A stretch of DNA of 64,000 nt from Candidatus Obscuribacteraceae bacterium (GTDB lineage: Bacteria > Cyanobacteriota > Vampirovibrionia > Obscuribacterales > Obscuribacteraceae). The stretch lies in NCBI GenBank assembly GCA_044226015.1, contig JBGAHS010000005.1:671116-735115 (forward strand), written 5' to 3'. Below the pieces are notes generated by a model. That model saw only the letters and a program-made list of their open reading frames with translations, was not told the DNA's origin and ran no database searches. Below are positions 10,571 through 20,346 of this stretch, piece after piece; within the stretch, counting starts at the first letter, position 1, and each line of letters starts with the position of its first letter. The position numbers and the translations under genes are program-made.

Positions 10571-11635
10571 ATGGCGGAAAAGCGCTATCAAGTCTTTATT
10601 AGCAGTACTTATGTAGATCTTGTGGAGGAGCGCAAAGAAGTAATACAAGCGTTGCTTGAGCTCGACTGTATGCCTTCTGGGATGGAATTGTTTCCTGCAG
10701 CAAATGAAAGCCAATGGAACTTGATAAAGCAAGTCATTGATGAGTGCGATTATTACGTGCTGATTATCGGCGGGCGATACGGCAGCATCTCTGAGCCTGA
10801 CGGAATTAGCTACACTGAAAAGGAATATGACTATGCAGTAACCATAGGCAAACCAACAATTGCATTCTTGCACAAGTCTCCCGGAAAAATTGCTTCAGAG
10901 AAAACTGAATCAAAAGACAAAGGGAAAGAACTTCTTGCGGCGTTTAGAAAAAAGGTCGAGCAAAAACTATGTAAGCACTGGGATTCCGCTGCAGAACTAG
11001 GATCTGTTGTTAGTAGAAGTTTAGTTCAACTAATGAGATCTACACCAGCTGTGGGCTGGGTACGCGCCAATGAGCTTGCTAATGAAGAAGCAACAAAAGA
11101 AATCTTGGAGCTAAGGAAACAAGTAGACTCACTTACGAAACAACTGGAAACTTCAAAGACAACAGCTCCAAAAGGGGTTGAAGACCTAGCGCAAGGAGAT
11201 GACGAACACACGTTTGAAGTCGCTTTTCTTAGCAAAAAGAAAGTAGGCGGCTCAATTAGCGAATGGTTTTGGATTGACGTCAAAGCGACATGGAACGAAT
11301 TATTTGCTTATGTAGCCCCGACAATGATCCATGAGACTACAGAAGAGGCTTTTGAAATTGCCGTGAATAATTTCTTTTATAATTTCGCAAGTGATCAAGC
11401 CGCGAAGCAAGCAGAGGAGCTTCTGCTGTCGGGGCCAGAGAAGATTGAATTAGATGATGGCGAGATTCAAACAGTAAAGGTGCAATTGCTTGCGCTTGGG
11501 CTAATTAAAAAGAGCGAGAAGCAACGCAGTGTGAAGGACAAAGACGGCTATTTGGAATTAACTCCGTTTGGATATCAAACTATGACTCGGTTACGTGCGG
11601 TCAAGAAGAAAACCCCTCGCGTACATGGACTCTAG
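10571..11635 (+). CDS. DUF4062 domain protein, copy A
   Basis: [51 protein letters not shown]; then coiled coil and C-terminal domain. Confidence 0.9.
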   Translation: MAEKRYQVFISSTYVDLVEERKEVIQALLELDCMPSGMELFPAANESQWNLIKQVIDECDYYVLIIGGRYGSISEPDGISYTEKEYDYAVTIGKPTIAFLHKSPGKIASEKTESKDKGKELLAAFRKKVEQKLCKHWDSAAELGSVVSRSLVQLMRSTPAVGWVRANELANEEATKEILELRKQVDSLTKQLETSKTTAPKGVEDLAQGDDEHTFEVAFLSKKKVGGSISEWFWIDVKATWNELFAYVAPTMIHETTEEAFEIAVNNFFYNFASDQAAKQAEELLLSGPEKIELDDGEIQTVKVQLLALGLIKKSEKQRSVKDKDGYLELTPFGYQTMTRLRAVKKKTPRVHGL

Positions 11636-11893
11636 TGGTTACATGTAATCGGACATCATCAAGACATGTTGTGGCTGATTCTCTGCCTGTTCGTTGTTTA
11701 CGCCTAAAAAGGGATATCTTCGAATCAATGGCAAACTCGGGTATCTCTTAGCTTTGAAGAAACTTATGTGTCGATTATCACAAGCTGTGACACGTTTTTA
11801 GTAAATACGCTCAAACCGCATATACCATGGATCTCTGGATCTGAGCCAATAGATCAATTACTCTATTCTCAAGAGTTCTAGGAGGTTAAATAA

Positions 11894-12550
11894 ATGCATG
11901 ATCCAGTTTTTGCAGCCATGATTGCGGCTTTTGCCACATTAATGACTCTTGCTTGCAACAGCTGGCTAACAATGCATAAGGAAAAAGAGAATCGCAAATA
12001 TCAGTTGCTGCAAAGACGCTTAGATGAGTTCTACGGTCCGATGCTTAACCTGGTTGTGGAATTGCGATTGAGAGAACAGCATTATGTAGAACTTCTAGGC
12101 AAGATAACTGGAAAACAAATTTCTCTGCAAACCACTAGAGATTCGGATTCAAAAGACAAAGCTATGGAAGCTTGGAAGAATACCCATGAGCAAAGGAAAA
12201 GCAGATGGCGCGATATAGATATGTCTCTCTACGGAGAAATTCATGCACTGTTCAAAGCGAAGCAATACCTTGCAGAGCCTTCCACACAAGCATTTTATAA
12301 ACGGCTAATCAACTTACTAGAGTTGATGGAAATGATCAAGAATGATTACGTGCAGTCAATGCCTTTCGAAATAATGATGCAGTACAACGACAGTCAGTTT
12401 CTTCGAGAATTTCAAAATGACCTCGAATCGCATCGAGAAGCTTTACTCTTGAACATAACCGGATCTAAAACGAGCGAACAAGGGGTTCTCGATGGTGTCA
12501 AAAGTTTTTCACAGTGGAGCTTCGTTCAAAAAAGTTTGATGTCACATTAG
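11894..12550 (+). CDS. Hypothetical protein with N-terminal TM helix and helical body
   Basis: GGAGG RBS; hydrophobic residues ~5-25; RLDEFYGPM motif. Confidence 0.75.
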   Translation: MHDPVFAAMIAAFATLMTLACNSWLTMHKEKENRKYQLLQRRLDEFYGPMLNLVVELRLREQHYVELLGKITGKQISLQTTRDSDSKDKAMEAWKNTHEQRKSRWRDIDMSLYGEIHALFKAKQYLAEPSTQAFYKRLINLLELMEMIKNDYVQSMPFEIMMQYNDSQFLREFQNDLESHREALLLNITGSKTSEQGVLDGVKSFSQWSFVQKSLMSH

Positions 12551-12595
12551 TGGGCGCTGTTAAAGAACTGTCAAATGAGGTCATAAGCCACAAAA

Positions 12596-13690
12596 ATGCC
12601 TGAGAAACGCTATCAAGTATTCATAAGTAGTACCTACATCGATCTCGTAGAAGAACGCAGCCAAGTAATGCAAGCATTGCTAGAACTAGACTGCATGCCA
12701 GCAGGGATGGAGTTATTTCCCGCTTCCGATGAATCACAATGGGAGCTCATTACAAGAGTTATTGATGAATGCGATTATTACATCCTTATTCTCGCTGGTC
12801 GCTATGGCAGCCTTTCAAAGGCAGATGGCATTAGTTACACGGAAAAGGAGTATAAATATGCGTTATCGATCGGTAAGCCAACAATTGCATTCTTGCATAG
12901 CGACCCTGGAAAAATCATCGCCGCTAATACAGAGCGCGACGATGAGGGGAAAAGACTTCTATCGAAATTTAGGGAAAGCGTTCAGGAGCAATTAATTCGG
13001 AAATGGGATAATCCAGGTGATTTACGTGCCAAAGTAACCACTAGCTTAGTTTCCTTGATGCGGAGAAAACCTGGAATAGGCTGGGTTCGCGCTAATGAAA
13101 TAGCGAGCGTCGACGCAACAAGGGAAATTCTGCTACTCAGAAAAGAAAACGAATCTCTTCGTCAGCAAATTCAAAAAACGGCAATCGATGGACCGGTTGG
13201 TGTAGAGGAACTTTCACAGGGCGATGATGAAATCCAGTTAACGCTCACATTCGAAACCGTAAAAACTGAACACTATTCTGAAACGCCAGAGAATCACGCA
13301 CTTTCGGTACTCACAACTTGGAACAAACTCTTTGCTTCAATAGCTCCGACTATGATCCATGAAGCGACAGACGCTCAAATAAGAACCGCCGTAGCTGAAT
13401 ACTGTACGCAGGAAAGTCAGGTTGCTATACAAGAACTACTAAAGAAAGGAAAGCGAAAAAAAGCCCAGTATTTTGTAGTGTCGAATAGAAATTTTCAAAC
13501 TGTAAAAGTTCAATTGAAAGCCCTGGGCTTGATACAGAAAAGTGAAAAGAATAGAAGCGTAAGAGATACTGAAACCTATTGGTCGTTGACAGCTCATGGT
13601 GAATCCGTTATGACTCGTCTTCGAGCGGTCAAACGAAATCAATCTGGAAGCTCGCAGCAAAACTCTGACAATATTGACGAGCGAGATTAA
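12596..13690 (+). CDS. DUF4062 domain protein, copy B
   Basis: Same motifs as 10571-11635; clear paralog. Confidence 0.9.
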   Translation: MPEKRYQVFISSTYIDLVEERSQVMQALLELDCMPAGMELFPASDESQWELITRVIDECDYYILILAGRYGSLSKADGISYTEKEYKYALSIGKPTIAFLHSDPGKIIAANTERDDEGKRLLSKFRESVQEQLIRKWDNPGDLRAKVTTSLVSLMRRKPGIGWVRANEIASVDATREILLLRKENESLRQQIQKTAIDGPVGVEELSQGDDEIQLTLTFETVKTEHYSETPENHALSVLTTWNKLFASIAPTMIHEATDAQIRTAVAEYCTQESQVAIQELLKKGKRKKAQYFVVSNRNFQTVKVQLKALGLIQKSEKNRSVRDTETYWSLTAHGESVMTRLRAVKRNQSGSSQQNSDNIDERD

Positions 13691-15013
13691 ATGGAAACCA
13701 AAAGCTTATCTACAGCATCTTGCATGTGATCTGGCGCCAAATGAGCGCATTTCAGCGTCATTTTGCAATCGCTGTGACCTAACAAAGCTCTTACTTTGTT
13801 CAAATCAACGCCAGCTATAACGAGCTTGCTTGCGAATGTATGGCGTAAATCGTGCCATCTAAATTCTTTATGTCAGCCAGCTTCAAAACGCCTTCCCATG
13901 ATGTGCGCATATCCGAGAATGGCTGACCCTTCTCATCACAGAAAACGTATAAAGATTTGACCGGCAAGTATTTGCTCTGACCTTTAATACATCGAGAGCT
14001 TCATTGTTCAATCTTATATGGCGTGTCTTTCCAGCTTTCGCAGTGCTGGCTTCGACCGTCAAATCTTTCTTTCGAAGTCGACGCTGCTCCATTTTAGTTT
14101 CAGCAATTCGCCACGGCGCATGCCAGTGTTCAGCGAAGCAATTACAGCTGGACTGAGATGATCAGCGAATTCATTGGCAGTCAGAATTGACTGAAGATCG
14201 CAGCCGCGCTCTGCTCGCCAAGCGTTTCCACTGGCTCTGCTTTCTCGCAATCTTAACTCTCTTTTTTCGAGCGCCCAGCGCAATCGTGCTTCCTCTTAGG
14301 AGTGAGATAACGAACAATGGAATTGCTGTCGCCATCGCATGAATCAACTTTGTCGCATGGATTGTTCAATTAAGCCCAAGTCTTTTGCCTTGTTCAAACA
14401 AGCTCGACGGTCATTCAATTGACGATTGATAGTAGCTGGTGACACTCCCTAAATTTCTAAGCGGCGTTGCTTCCTTTGCTCAATCATCAAGCTCGTGATG
14501 TCACAGAGCTTGATGATTGAAGTTCAGCGAATCTATTCTTGAGATTGTTGTATGTCTCTCTCTCCGAGGCGGAGTTATTCACTCCGCCTCGGAGATGGCT
14601 TACCAGGTATGGCTTATAAGTTGAGTCAAGAAAGTTGCGATAGTTCTCTTTAACTTCTTTCTCTGCTTGCAGCAATTCTGCTGTTTCAAGTTTGCTTCTC
14701 TCGATTGCTGCATTCTCAGCAGCCCGCTTTTCCGCTGCCTCTGCTTGCTTGTGAGCTGTTATTGGATCGATGCCGGTAAGTTCCAACTCGGCAAGAAATT
14801 TGCGCGCTCTCTTGCGAGCCTGGTCTAAGTCGAGCACATCTGAGCTTATGGTATAGCGCTTGCCTCTGCCATAGACAAGGCAGAATGACATGACGCCAGT
14901 TTTCCTTACTCGCAGAACCAAGCCGCGAACCTACTCCTGCTCGCCGTCCGGCAACTTTGTTTCAATTCACGCTTGAGAGTCTTAATGAGCGATGCTGAAA
15001 GTTCGACTGTCAT
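13687..15013 (-). pseudogene. Heavily decayed tyrosine integrase (several frameshifts/stops)
   Basis: Fragments [64 protein letters not shown]. Confidence 0.85.
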
Positions 15014-15152
15014 TTTGATGCTCCTGGAAAGTAGGCTATGGTGTGCAAAAAATGTCTGGGGGTGCAATGGGGTGCAGAGAAATTATACCTGGCTATACTT
15101 TCTAATCCCTAGTAAAACCTGAAAGTCTCATCTTAAACCGTTAAAACCAGCG

Positions 15153-16037
15153 TCAATCAGCGGTCTTAGGGAGTCGAGAATTGTAAGGAAGTATAAGCGA
15201 GTATAACTGAGACCAGAAAGGATTCGCCGTCCTAAGAAGGGTGTCGGGAGTTCGAGTCTCTAGCCGCGCAAGCAAGTCTTGTTCGCCCCTATTTGAGCCA
15301 TGATCGGCAGCCATTACCCTTCCCTTTCTAATCCAGTAAGTCGATCCAGAGCCAAAATGTTCTCCGAAAATTCGGCGCATATCCTGACGAGGCACTGCGT
15401 CTGAATTCAATACAATCAATCTAATTCTAGGATCTGCAATTTCATTAAGTGCATTTGACAGAGCACGAACGGTTGTAATTGCTCTCGCGTGATTTTGGTG
15501 ATACATAGTTACAACTCCGAAATCGATATCGGAAATCTCTCGACAATCCAGATCGTAGATTTCGATGCGGGCTGGGTCTAATCCATTGCAGTTTCTCATG
15601 ACCATTGCAGCGAAAAGATCTTCTTGTCCATCGCCTGCAACTGTTATCTCGATACCAGAAAATTCCAAGATTCTCTTTTTGAGTAATCTTGTAAGAGGTC
15701 CGTTGTGATAGCCGCGATCAGCATATCGTACAATGCCGTCTTTGATCCAAAACGATTCGCCATATCCGTGTGATACTTCACCCAAGATTTCCTCACATTC
15801 TGCGGGATTGCATTGATCGTTATCCACGATGCGTGCCGAAAATGCTGACGCCGGAGTTTGGGTGACGGCATCGCAGAAAGAGCTGAATGATGAAGTGCAT
15901 TGCCCGCTCCAGAGCGCCCGAATGAAGAGTACGCCAGTTCCGATTTCAGCAACCTGCTTTTTCAGGTCAAATGGACCATCCACAAACTGAATGCGTCCTG
16001 CAAGTTTCTTAGGTATTTGGCTTTCGCTGTGATTCAT
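15153..16037 (-). CDS. Hypothetical protein with two internally repeated thioredoxin-like units
   Basis: GVLFIRALWSGQC..GYGESFWIKDG and GVVTMY..GSGSTYWIRKG; no CxxC. Confidence 0.6.
   Translation of the reverse strand: MNHSESQIPKKLAGRIQFVDGPFDLKKQVAEIGTGVLFIRALWSGQCTSSFSSFCDAVTQTPASAFSARIVDNDQCNPAECEEILGEVSHGYGESFWIKDGIVRYADRGYHNGPLTRLLKKRILEFSGIEITVAGDGQEDLFAAMVMRNCNGLDPARIEIYDLDCREISDIDFGVVTMYHQNHARAITTVRALSNALNEIADPRIRLIVLNSDAVPRQDMRRIFGEHFGSGSTYWIRKGRVMAADHGSNRGEQDLLARLETRTPDTLLRTANPFWSQLYSLILPYNSRLPKTAD
15229..15261 (+). repeat. Second, truncated att copy (tRNA-Arg 3' fragment)
   Basis: GTCCTAAGAAGGGTGTCGGGAGTTCGAGTCTCT, one mismatch to 6284-6316. Confidence 0.85.
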
Positions 16038-16059
16038 TTTCCAGGCTCAATATCCTCAA

Positions 16060-16611
16060 TCAGTCGCTGATATTGGATGTGGTGCGCTGATTTGCAGATG
16101 CGGATGAGTTGAATGAATTCAATTCTTTTGCCGTAATCTCATGTCGGTATTTGAACATTCGTTTTATTTTCGCTTCGACAAAACCGCCTACGAATGGTTG
16201 GCTCAAGGCTGACAGTGGCAGCTCGTATTCGATTCTGTCTAAGAGCAGGCATTTGCCGTCTGCCATCGGCTCGAATTTGTGAAGGTGGCGCCAGAATGCA
16301 AATGGACCACTCTTTTGGATGTCCACGAATTGACGGTCGGCAATGAAGTCACAGTGACTGGCGACCCAATCGATCTTGCATGGTCCTGCTGCCATGCGAA
16401 GAATAGCTATGGCTCCATCAACGGGCCCTGTCGCGGGTTGTACAAGCTCCACAGGTTCCCATGGAGGAATGAGCTTTTTGAAGGTGTCCTTCTTCCAATG
16501 CCAGCGAAAAACCTCCTCCGCTGGCGCATTGAGCACGGTTTTGAATTCTAGTACCTGCCGTCGCTTTACGTTGACCAATGTCTCACACCTGTAGCAACTC
16601 ACTAAATCCAT
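16060..16611 (-). CDS. SRPBCC (polyketide cyclase/START-like) family protein
   Basis: APAEEVFRWH..LIPPW..FVDIQKSGPFAFWRHLHKF..DRIEY..MFKYRH; true start may be ~20 codons downstream. Confidence 0.85.
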   Translation of the reverse strand: MDLVSCYRCETLVNVKRRQVLEFKTVLNAPAEEVFRWHWKKDTFKKLIPPWEPVELVQPATGPVDGAIAILRMAAGPCKIDWVASHCDFIADRQFVDIQKSGPFAFWRHLHKFEPMADGKCLLLDRIEYELPLSALSQPFVGGFVEAKIKRMFKYRHEITAKELNSFNSSASANQRTTSNISD

Positions 16612-17000
16612 TATGAATCCAGGCAGTGAACAGAGAGTGAACGTTTGTATGAAATCCTGCCGACTTCGAGGGACTTTAGACCTGAACAGCCGTGTGAACA
16701 GGCTTCGAAACAGCCGTCGAAACAGCCGTCTAAACTGCCGGGTACCGCAATATTAAACTGTTCCCCAAGATATTGCCTTCACTTGAGCCTGGAAATGTTA
16801 GAAGCTAGCGGTTTTGCTATCCTTTCAGGCATATTGGTTTATACTATAGCCGACAGCTTGCTTCTGTTCTGCATCAGCTACTCTGCTTATCCATCGTGTC
16901 TATCCGGCAACTCAAAACAAGTACGGAGCTCATCAGCCAATTTATGGATAATGCGCGAAAAGACAGCAAGCCATTCCTCGTTTGGCATAACCCTACTTGC

Positions 17001-18155
17001 ATGAATCTACCCAGGAAAAAATCGTTAGCGCAAACGTTGGCAAATAGCAAAATGAGTTCGCGAATTGATGGCATCAATGCTGCTGCTTCAGCCCTATTAA
17101 TTTTGACACTGTGCGGACTGCTCTTGATCCCCGTGCAATGTCATGCAATGGGAACTGAGGCACAATTTTTGCCGACGAAGTCGAATTCATTGCACAACTC
17201 AGGCAAAGCACCATCAGGCATGGTCTGGATTCCGGGTGGTGAATTCTCTATGGGAAGCGATGACCCAACCGAAGGATTATGCAGCGGACGCGAGCATATG
17301 CCAGACGCACGCCCAATTCACCGCGTGTATGTTGATGGGTTCTGGATGGACAAAACAGAAGTGACAAACGAAGAATTTGCCAGATTCGTCAAGGAAACGG
17401 GATATAAAACCGTAGCCGAAATTGCACCAACAGCAGAAGAATTTCCAACAGCACCAAAGGAGAATCTGGTAGCAGGCTCTATCGTGTTCACGCCAGCACC
17501 GCATCCGGTACCACTCGATAATATGTTTCAGTGGTGGCGCTATCAGAAGGGGGCAAACTGGCAACATCCTGAAGGTCCAGAAAGTAATATCGTGGGGAAA
17601 GAAAAATTTCCGGTGGTTCAAATCGCATATCAGGACGCAGAGGCGTACGCAAAGTGGGCGGGCAAACAACTTCCAACTGAAGCAGAGTGGGAATTCGCTG
17701 CACGTGGAGGCAAGAGTGGAGAGCCCTACACATGGGGAAAGGAATTTCAACCGCGCGGAAAATGGATGGCAAATATTTATCAGGGTACATTTCCTGTGAA
17801 GGATTTGGGAAGCGATGGGTTTGCTGGTATAGCACCCGTTGCTAAATACCCTGCGAATGGCTATGGACTCTACGATATGACAGGCAATGTTTGGGAGTGG
17901 TGCAAAGATTGGTATCGGGCGGATTATTATGAGCAACTGTGCGCTGCCGGAAAGAAGCTAGCACGTAATCCTCAAGGACCAGAAAATTCCTGGGACCCAG
18001 CTGAGCCATCAGCAAAGAAACGCGTGCAACGTGGCGGTTCCTTTCTTTGCACAGCGCAGTACTGCACCAGATATATTGTCGGAACCAGAGGAAAAGGTGA
18101 ATTCTCCTCTGGTTCAAATCACGTTGGTTTTCGTTGCGTGAAGCCAAAGTTTTAG
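17001..18155 (+). CDS. Formylglycine-generating enzyme (FGE-sulfatase) family protein, exported
   Basis: MVWIPGGEFSMGS, FWMDKTEVTN, LPTEAEWEFAARGG, GLYDMTGNVWEW, RGGSFLC..YC..GFRC; start uncertain. Confidence 0.9.
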   Translation: MNLPRKKSLAQTLANSKMSSRIDGINAAASALLILTLCGLLLIPVQCHAMGTEAQFLPTKSNSLHNSGKAPSGMVWIPGGEFSMGSDDPTEGLCSGREHMPDARPIHRVYVDGFWMDKTEVTNEEFARFVKETGYKTVAEIAPTAEEFPTAPKENLVAGSIVFTPAPHPVPLDNMFQWWRYQKGANWQHPEGPESNIVGKEKFPVVQIAYQDAEAYAKWAGKQLPTEAEWEFAARGGKSGEPYTWGKEFQPRGKWMANIYQGTFPVKDLGSDGFAGIAPVAKYPANGYGLYDMTGNVWEWCKDWYRADYYEQLCAAGKKLARNPQGPENSWDPAEPSAKKRVQRGGSFLCTAQYCTRYIVGTRGKGEFSSGSNHVGFRCVKPKF

Positions 18156-18347
18156 AAAGCTGAAGCAGATTTGCAGAGCGATTCGCGTAGACCTTGCCGT
18201 TTCAGCATTAGGCTTCTAAGGAAGTTGATTATCTGACAAAAACTTTGAAAGATAAGCAGAGGAAGCTGCACGAGATCGAATTGGATCTTCGCGATTTGAA
18301 AAATCGATTCATGCAGGCTGAGACAAGCGCAGCAAATTGAGTACTTC

Positions 18348-19112
18348 TCACTTCGGCGAATTCAGAGTGCGTTCAATATCAGAGCTGATGTCTAGTGGTT
18401 TTACCGTGGGCGCGTATCGCTTCATCACAGTGCCGTCTTTGTCTACCAGAAATTTTGTGAAGTTCCACTTTATGCCCTGAGAGCCAAGTGCGCCTGGTGC
18501 CTTGCTCTTAAGAAACTTGTACAGAGGGTGCGCGCCGTCTCCATTAACGTCAATCTTCTCAAACATTGGAAAGGTTACACCGTAATTCTTCTGGCAGAAG
18601 TTCGCAATCTCGCTGCTGTCACCAGGCTCCTGATGTCCGAATTGATCGCACGGGAACCCCAGTACGACCAAGCCTTGCGGCGAGTACTTCTGATAAAGTT
18701 GCTCTAGTTCAGTGTATTGCGGAGTGAAGCCGCACTTGCTAGCAGTGTTGACGATTATTAGGACTTTGCCTTCAAACTGTGAGAGCGAGAGCTCTTTGCC
18801 ATCCAATGATTTTGCGGTGCAATTGTAGATACTATTCACGCCTGGTGTTGAGTTCTTACTCACGGCGGTTGATCTCCAGAGAATTAGTGTGACGAGCGCG
18901 AGGAGTATTATCGCAAAATTGCGGCGGGTAAGTTGGGCTTTCTCAGGCACGGAAGTTTTCGCCTCTTTTCTGCTATTCGACTTCTTCCTTCGCACTTTAG
19001 GCTGAGTTCGTGAACGCTGCGTGGTCTCTTGTGTGGTCTCTTGTGTGATCTTTGTAATCACCAACATAGCCAGATGGTCGTCCATGCTTAGTTCACGTAG
19101 ATGTGGTGTCAT
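18348..19112 (-). CDS. Glutathione peroxidase with N-terminal membrane anchor
   Basis: VNTASKCGFTPQY, GFPCDQFGHQEPG, IKWNFTKFLVD; start uncertain. Confidence 0.92.
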   Translation of the reverse strand: MTPHLRELSMDDHLAMLVITKITQETTQETTQRSRTQPKVRRKKSNSRKEAKTSVPEKAQLTRRNFAIILLALVTLILWRSTAVSKNSTPGVNSIYNCTAKSLDGKELSLSQFEGKVLIIVNTASKCGFTPQYTELEQLYQKYSPQGLVVLGFPCDQFGHQEPGDSSEIANFCQKNYGVTFPMFEKIDVNGDGAHPLYKFLKSKAPGALGSQGIKWNFTKFLVDKDGTVMKRYAPTVKPLDISSDIERTLNSPK

Positions 19113-19276
19113 TAATGATGCATAGCTGGGTGATTCGTTGGTAAAAATGCTACTGATGACAGCTGTTGTTGTCAGGAAAATAGGCTTTACCGTCTAAGAC
19201 TCGTCTAAATCTAAATTGAAACCATCGTGACATGCTATACAAAAGTGGGTCGAGCCAGCAGTAGGAGATATGGACT

Positions 19277-19714
19277 ATGTCATGGCTCTTCGTAGTGAAT
19301 CTAGCATCCACCTGGTTTATGACCGGTTTAATCTGGTTTGTGCAAATCGTTCACTATCCCCTATTCACTTATGCGGCTGGTGAAAAATTCCAGGAGTTTG
19401 AACAAACACACTGCGACCTCACTGGTGCCATAGTGGTACCGGCCATGGTGACAGAGTTATTGTCTTCATTTGCTTTAGCGATTCTATGGACAGGACAACA
19501 GCGATGGTTACTCTGGCTTAATTTCGCTCTGGTGTGCGCGATCTGGATTTGCACTGCGGCTCTCTCGGTTCCTTGCCATAGCCGCTTTTGCAGTGCGGGA
19601 TATTCTGCTGCAGTCCTCAGCTTTCTTGTTGGGAGCAACTGGATCCGAACACTTCTCTGGACGGTCAGAGGTCTAATACTGGGATTCCTGATGCTCAGGC
19701 GAACTGTTATCTGA
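19277..19714 (+). CDS. Conserved-type 4-TM membrane protein
   Basis: MTGLIWFVQIVHYPLF..VPCH..NWIRTLLW; AGGAG RBS. Confidence 0.8.
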   Translation: MSWLFVVNLASTWFMTGLIWFVQIVHYPLFTYAAGEKFQEFEQTHCDLTGAIVVPAMVTELLSSFALAILWTGQQRWLLWLNFALVCAIWICTAALSVPCHSRFCSAGYSAAVLSFLVGSNWIRTLLWTVRGLILGFLMLRRTVI

Positions 19715-19726
19715 ATCTTTCTCGGT

Positions 19727-19770
19727 TCAGCACTAAGAATTCTCCAGGAGCGGATAATTCTTAGTGCTGA
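19727..19770 (+). terminator. 15-bp inverted repeat, probable terminator hairpin
   Basis: TCAGCACTAAGAATT / AATTCTTAGTGCTGA just after the stop at 19714. Confidence 0.55.
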
Positions 19771-19892
19771 GTATTCTCTAGATATCCATTTGTCAGTATC
19801 AGATTACAACAGTACGATTCTTCGCATATTCTTCTTCTTCTGTAGCGGGCATGTAATGTTTGGATTTCTGCCGGAAACATGGAGACTCAAGT

Positions 19893-20229
19893 GTGACCAT
19901 AGCAATTTGTTTTTCTTGCGGTAAAATAAAGTTCGGTGGGTACTTGCCTTGTTCTAGCTGCAAGCTAGAGCCAAAGCAAGAAGATGAGCTGGTTTATTCT
20001 TGGTGCTGACAGACCATTATTTTGATCGCGCGACTCTTGAGCAAATCAGTCAGGCTATGCAAGTGGACATCCTCGCCCATCTTTGCCTGCGGATCAATAT
20101 GAGCAAGTTTTAGAGACCATTCGCAAGCGTGAAGCACGAGAAACGTCTGCTAAACTCAAACCAATCATTCTCATCGTTTCGATTATTGCTGCCATTGTTG
20201 GAGCCTGGTTCCTCTTTGTACACCGCTAA
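19893..20229 (+). pseudogene. Small Zn-ribbon + C-terminal TM protein broken by two frameshifts (absent from ORF track)
   Basis: GGAG RBS; MTIAICFSCGKIKFGGYLPCSSC..ELVYS / LVLTDHYFD..ISQAM / SGHPRP..IILIVSIIAAIVGAWFLFVHR*. Confidence 0.6.
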
Positions 20230-20346
20230 AAATCTCAATGGTCCTAGACGGCATGGCGAAATCTTGCACCATGTGTCTGTCACGATGAGATCGTTCATGG
20301 CGAAATCTCGCGCAATGTAAACTTCACGACGAATTCGCTGCAAGAG

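Larger units (their letters stand above)
6284..15261. mobile_element. Decayed integrative element (~9 kb) flanked by direct tRNA-Arg fragment repeats
   Basis: 32/33-nt direct repeat at both ends, integrase remnant next to the right end, matching GGGGTGCAAT(A)GGGGTGC sites inside both ends. Confidence 0.8.

Noticed and set aside
18160..18340. Small coiled-coil gene fragment
   Set aside because: Short open stretch without clear start or identifiable family
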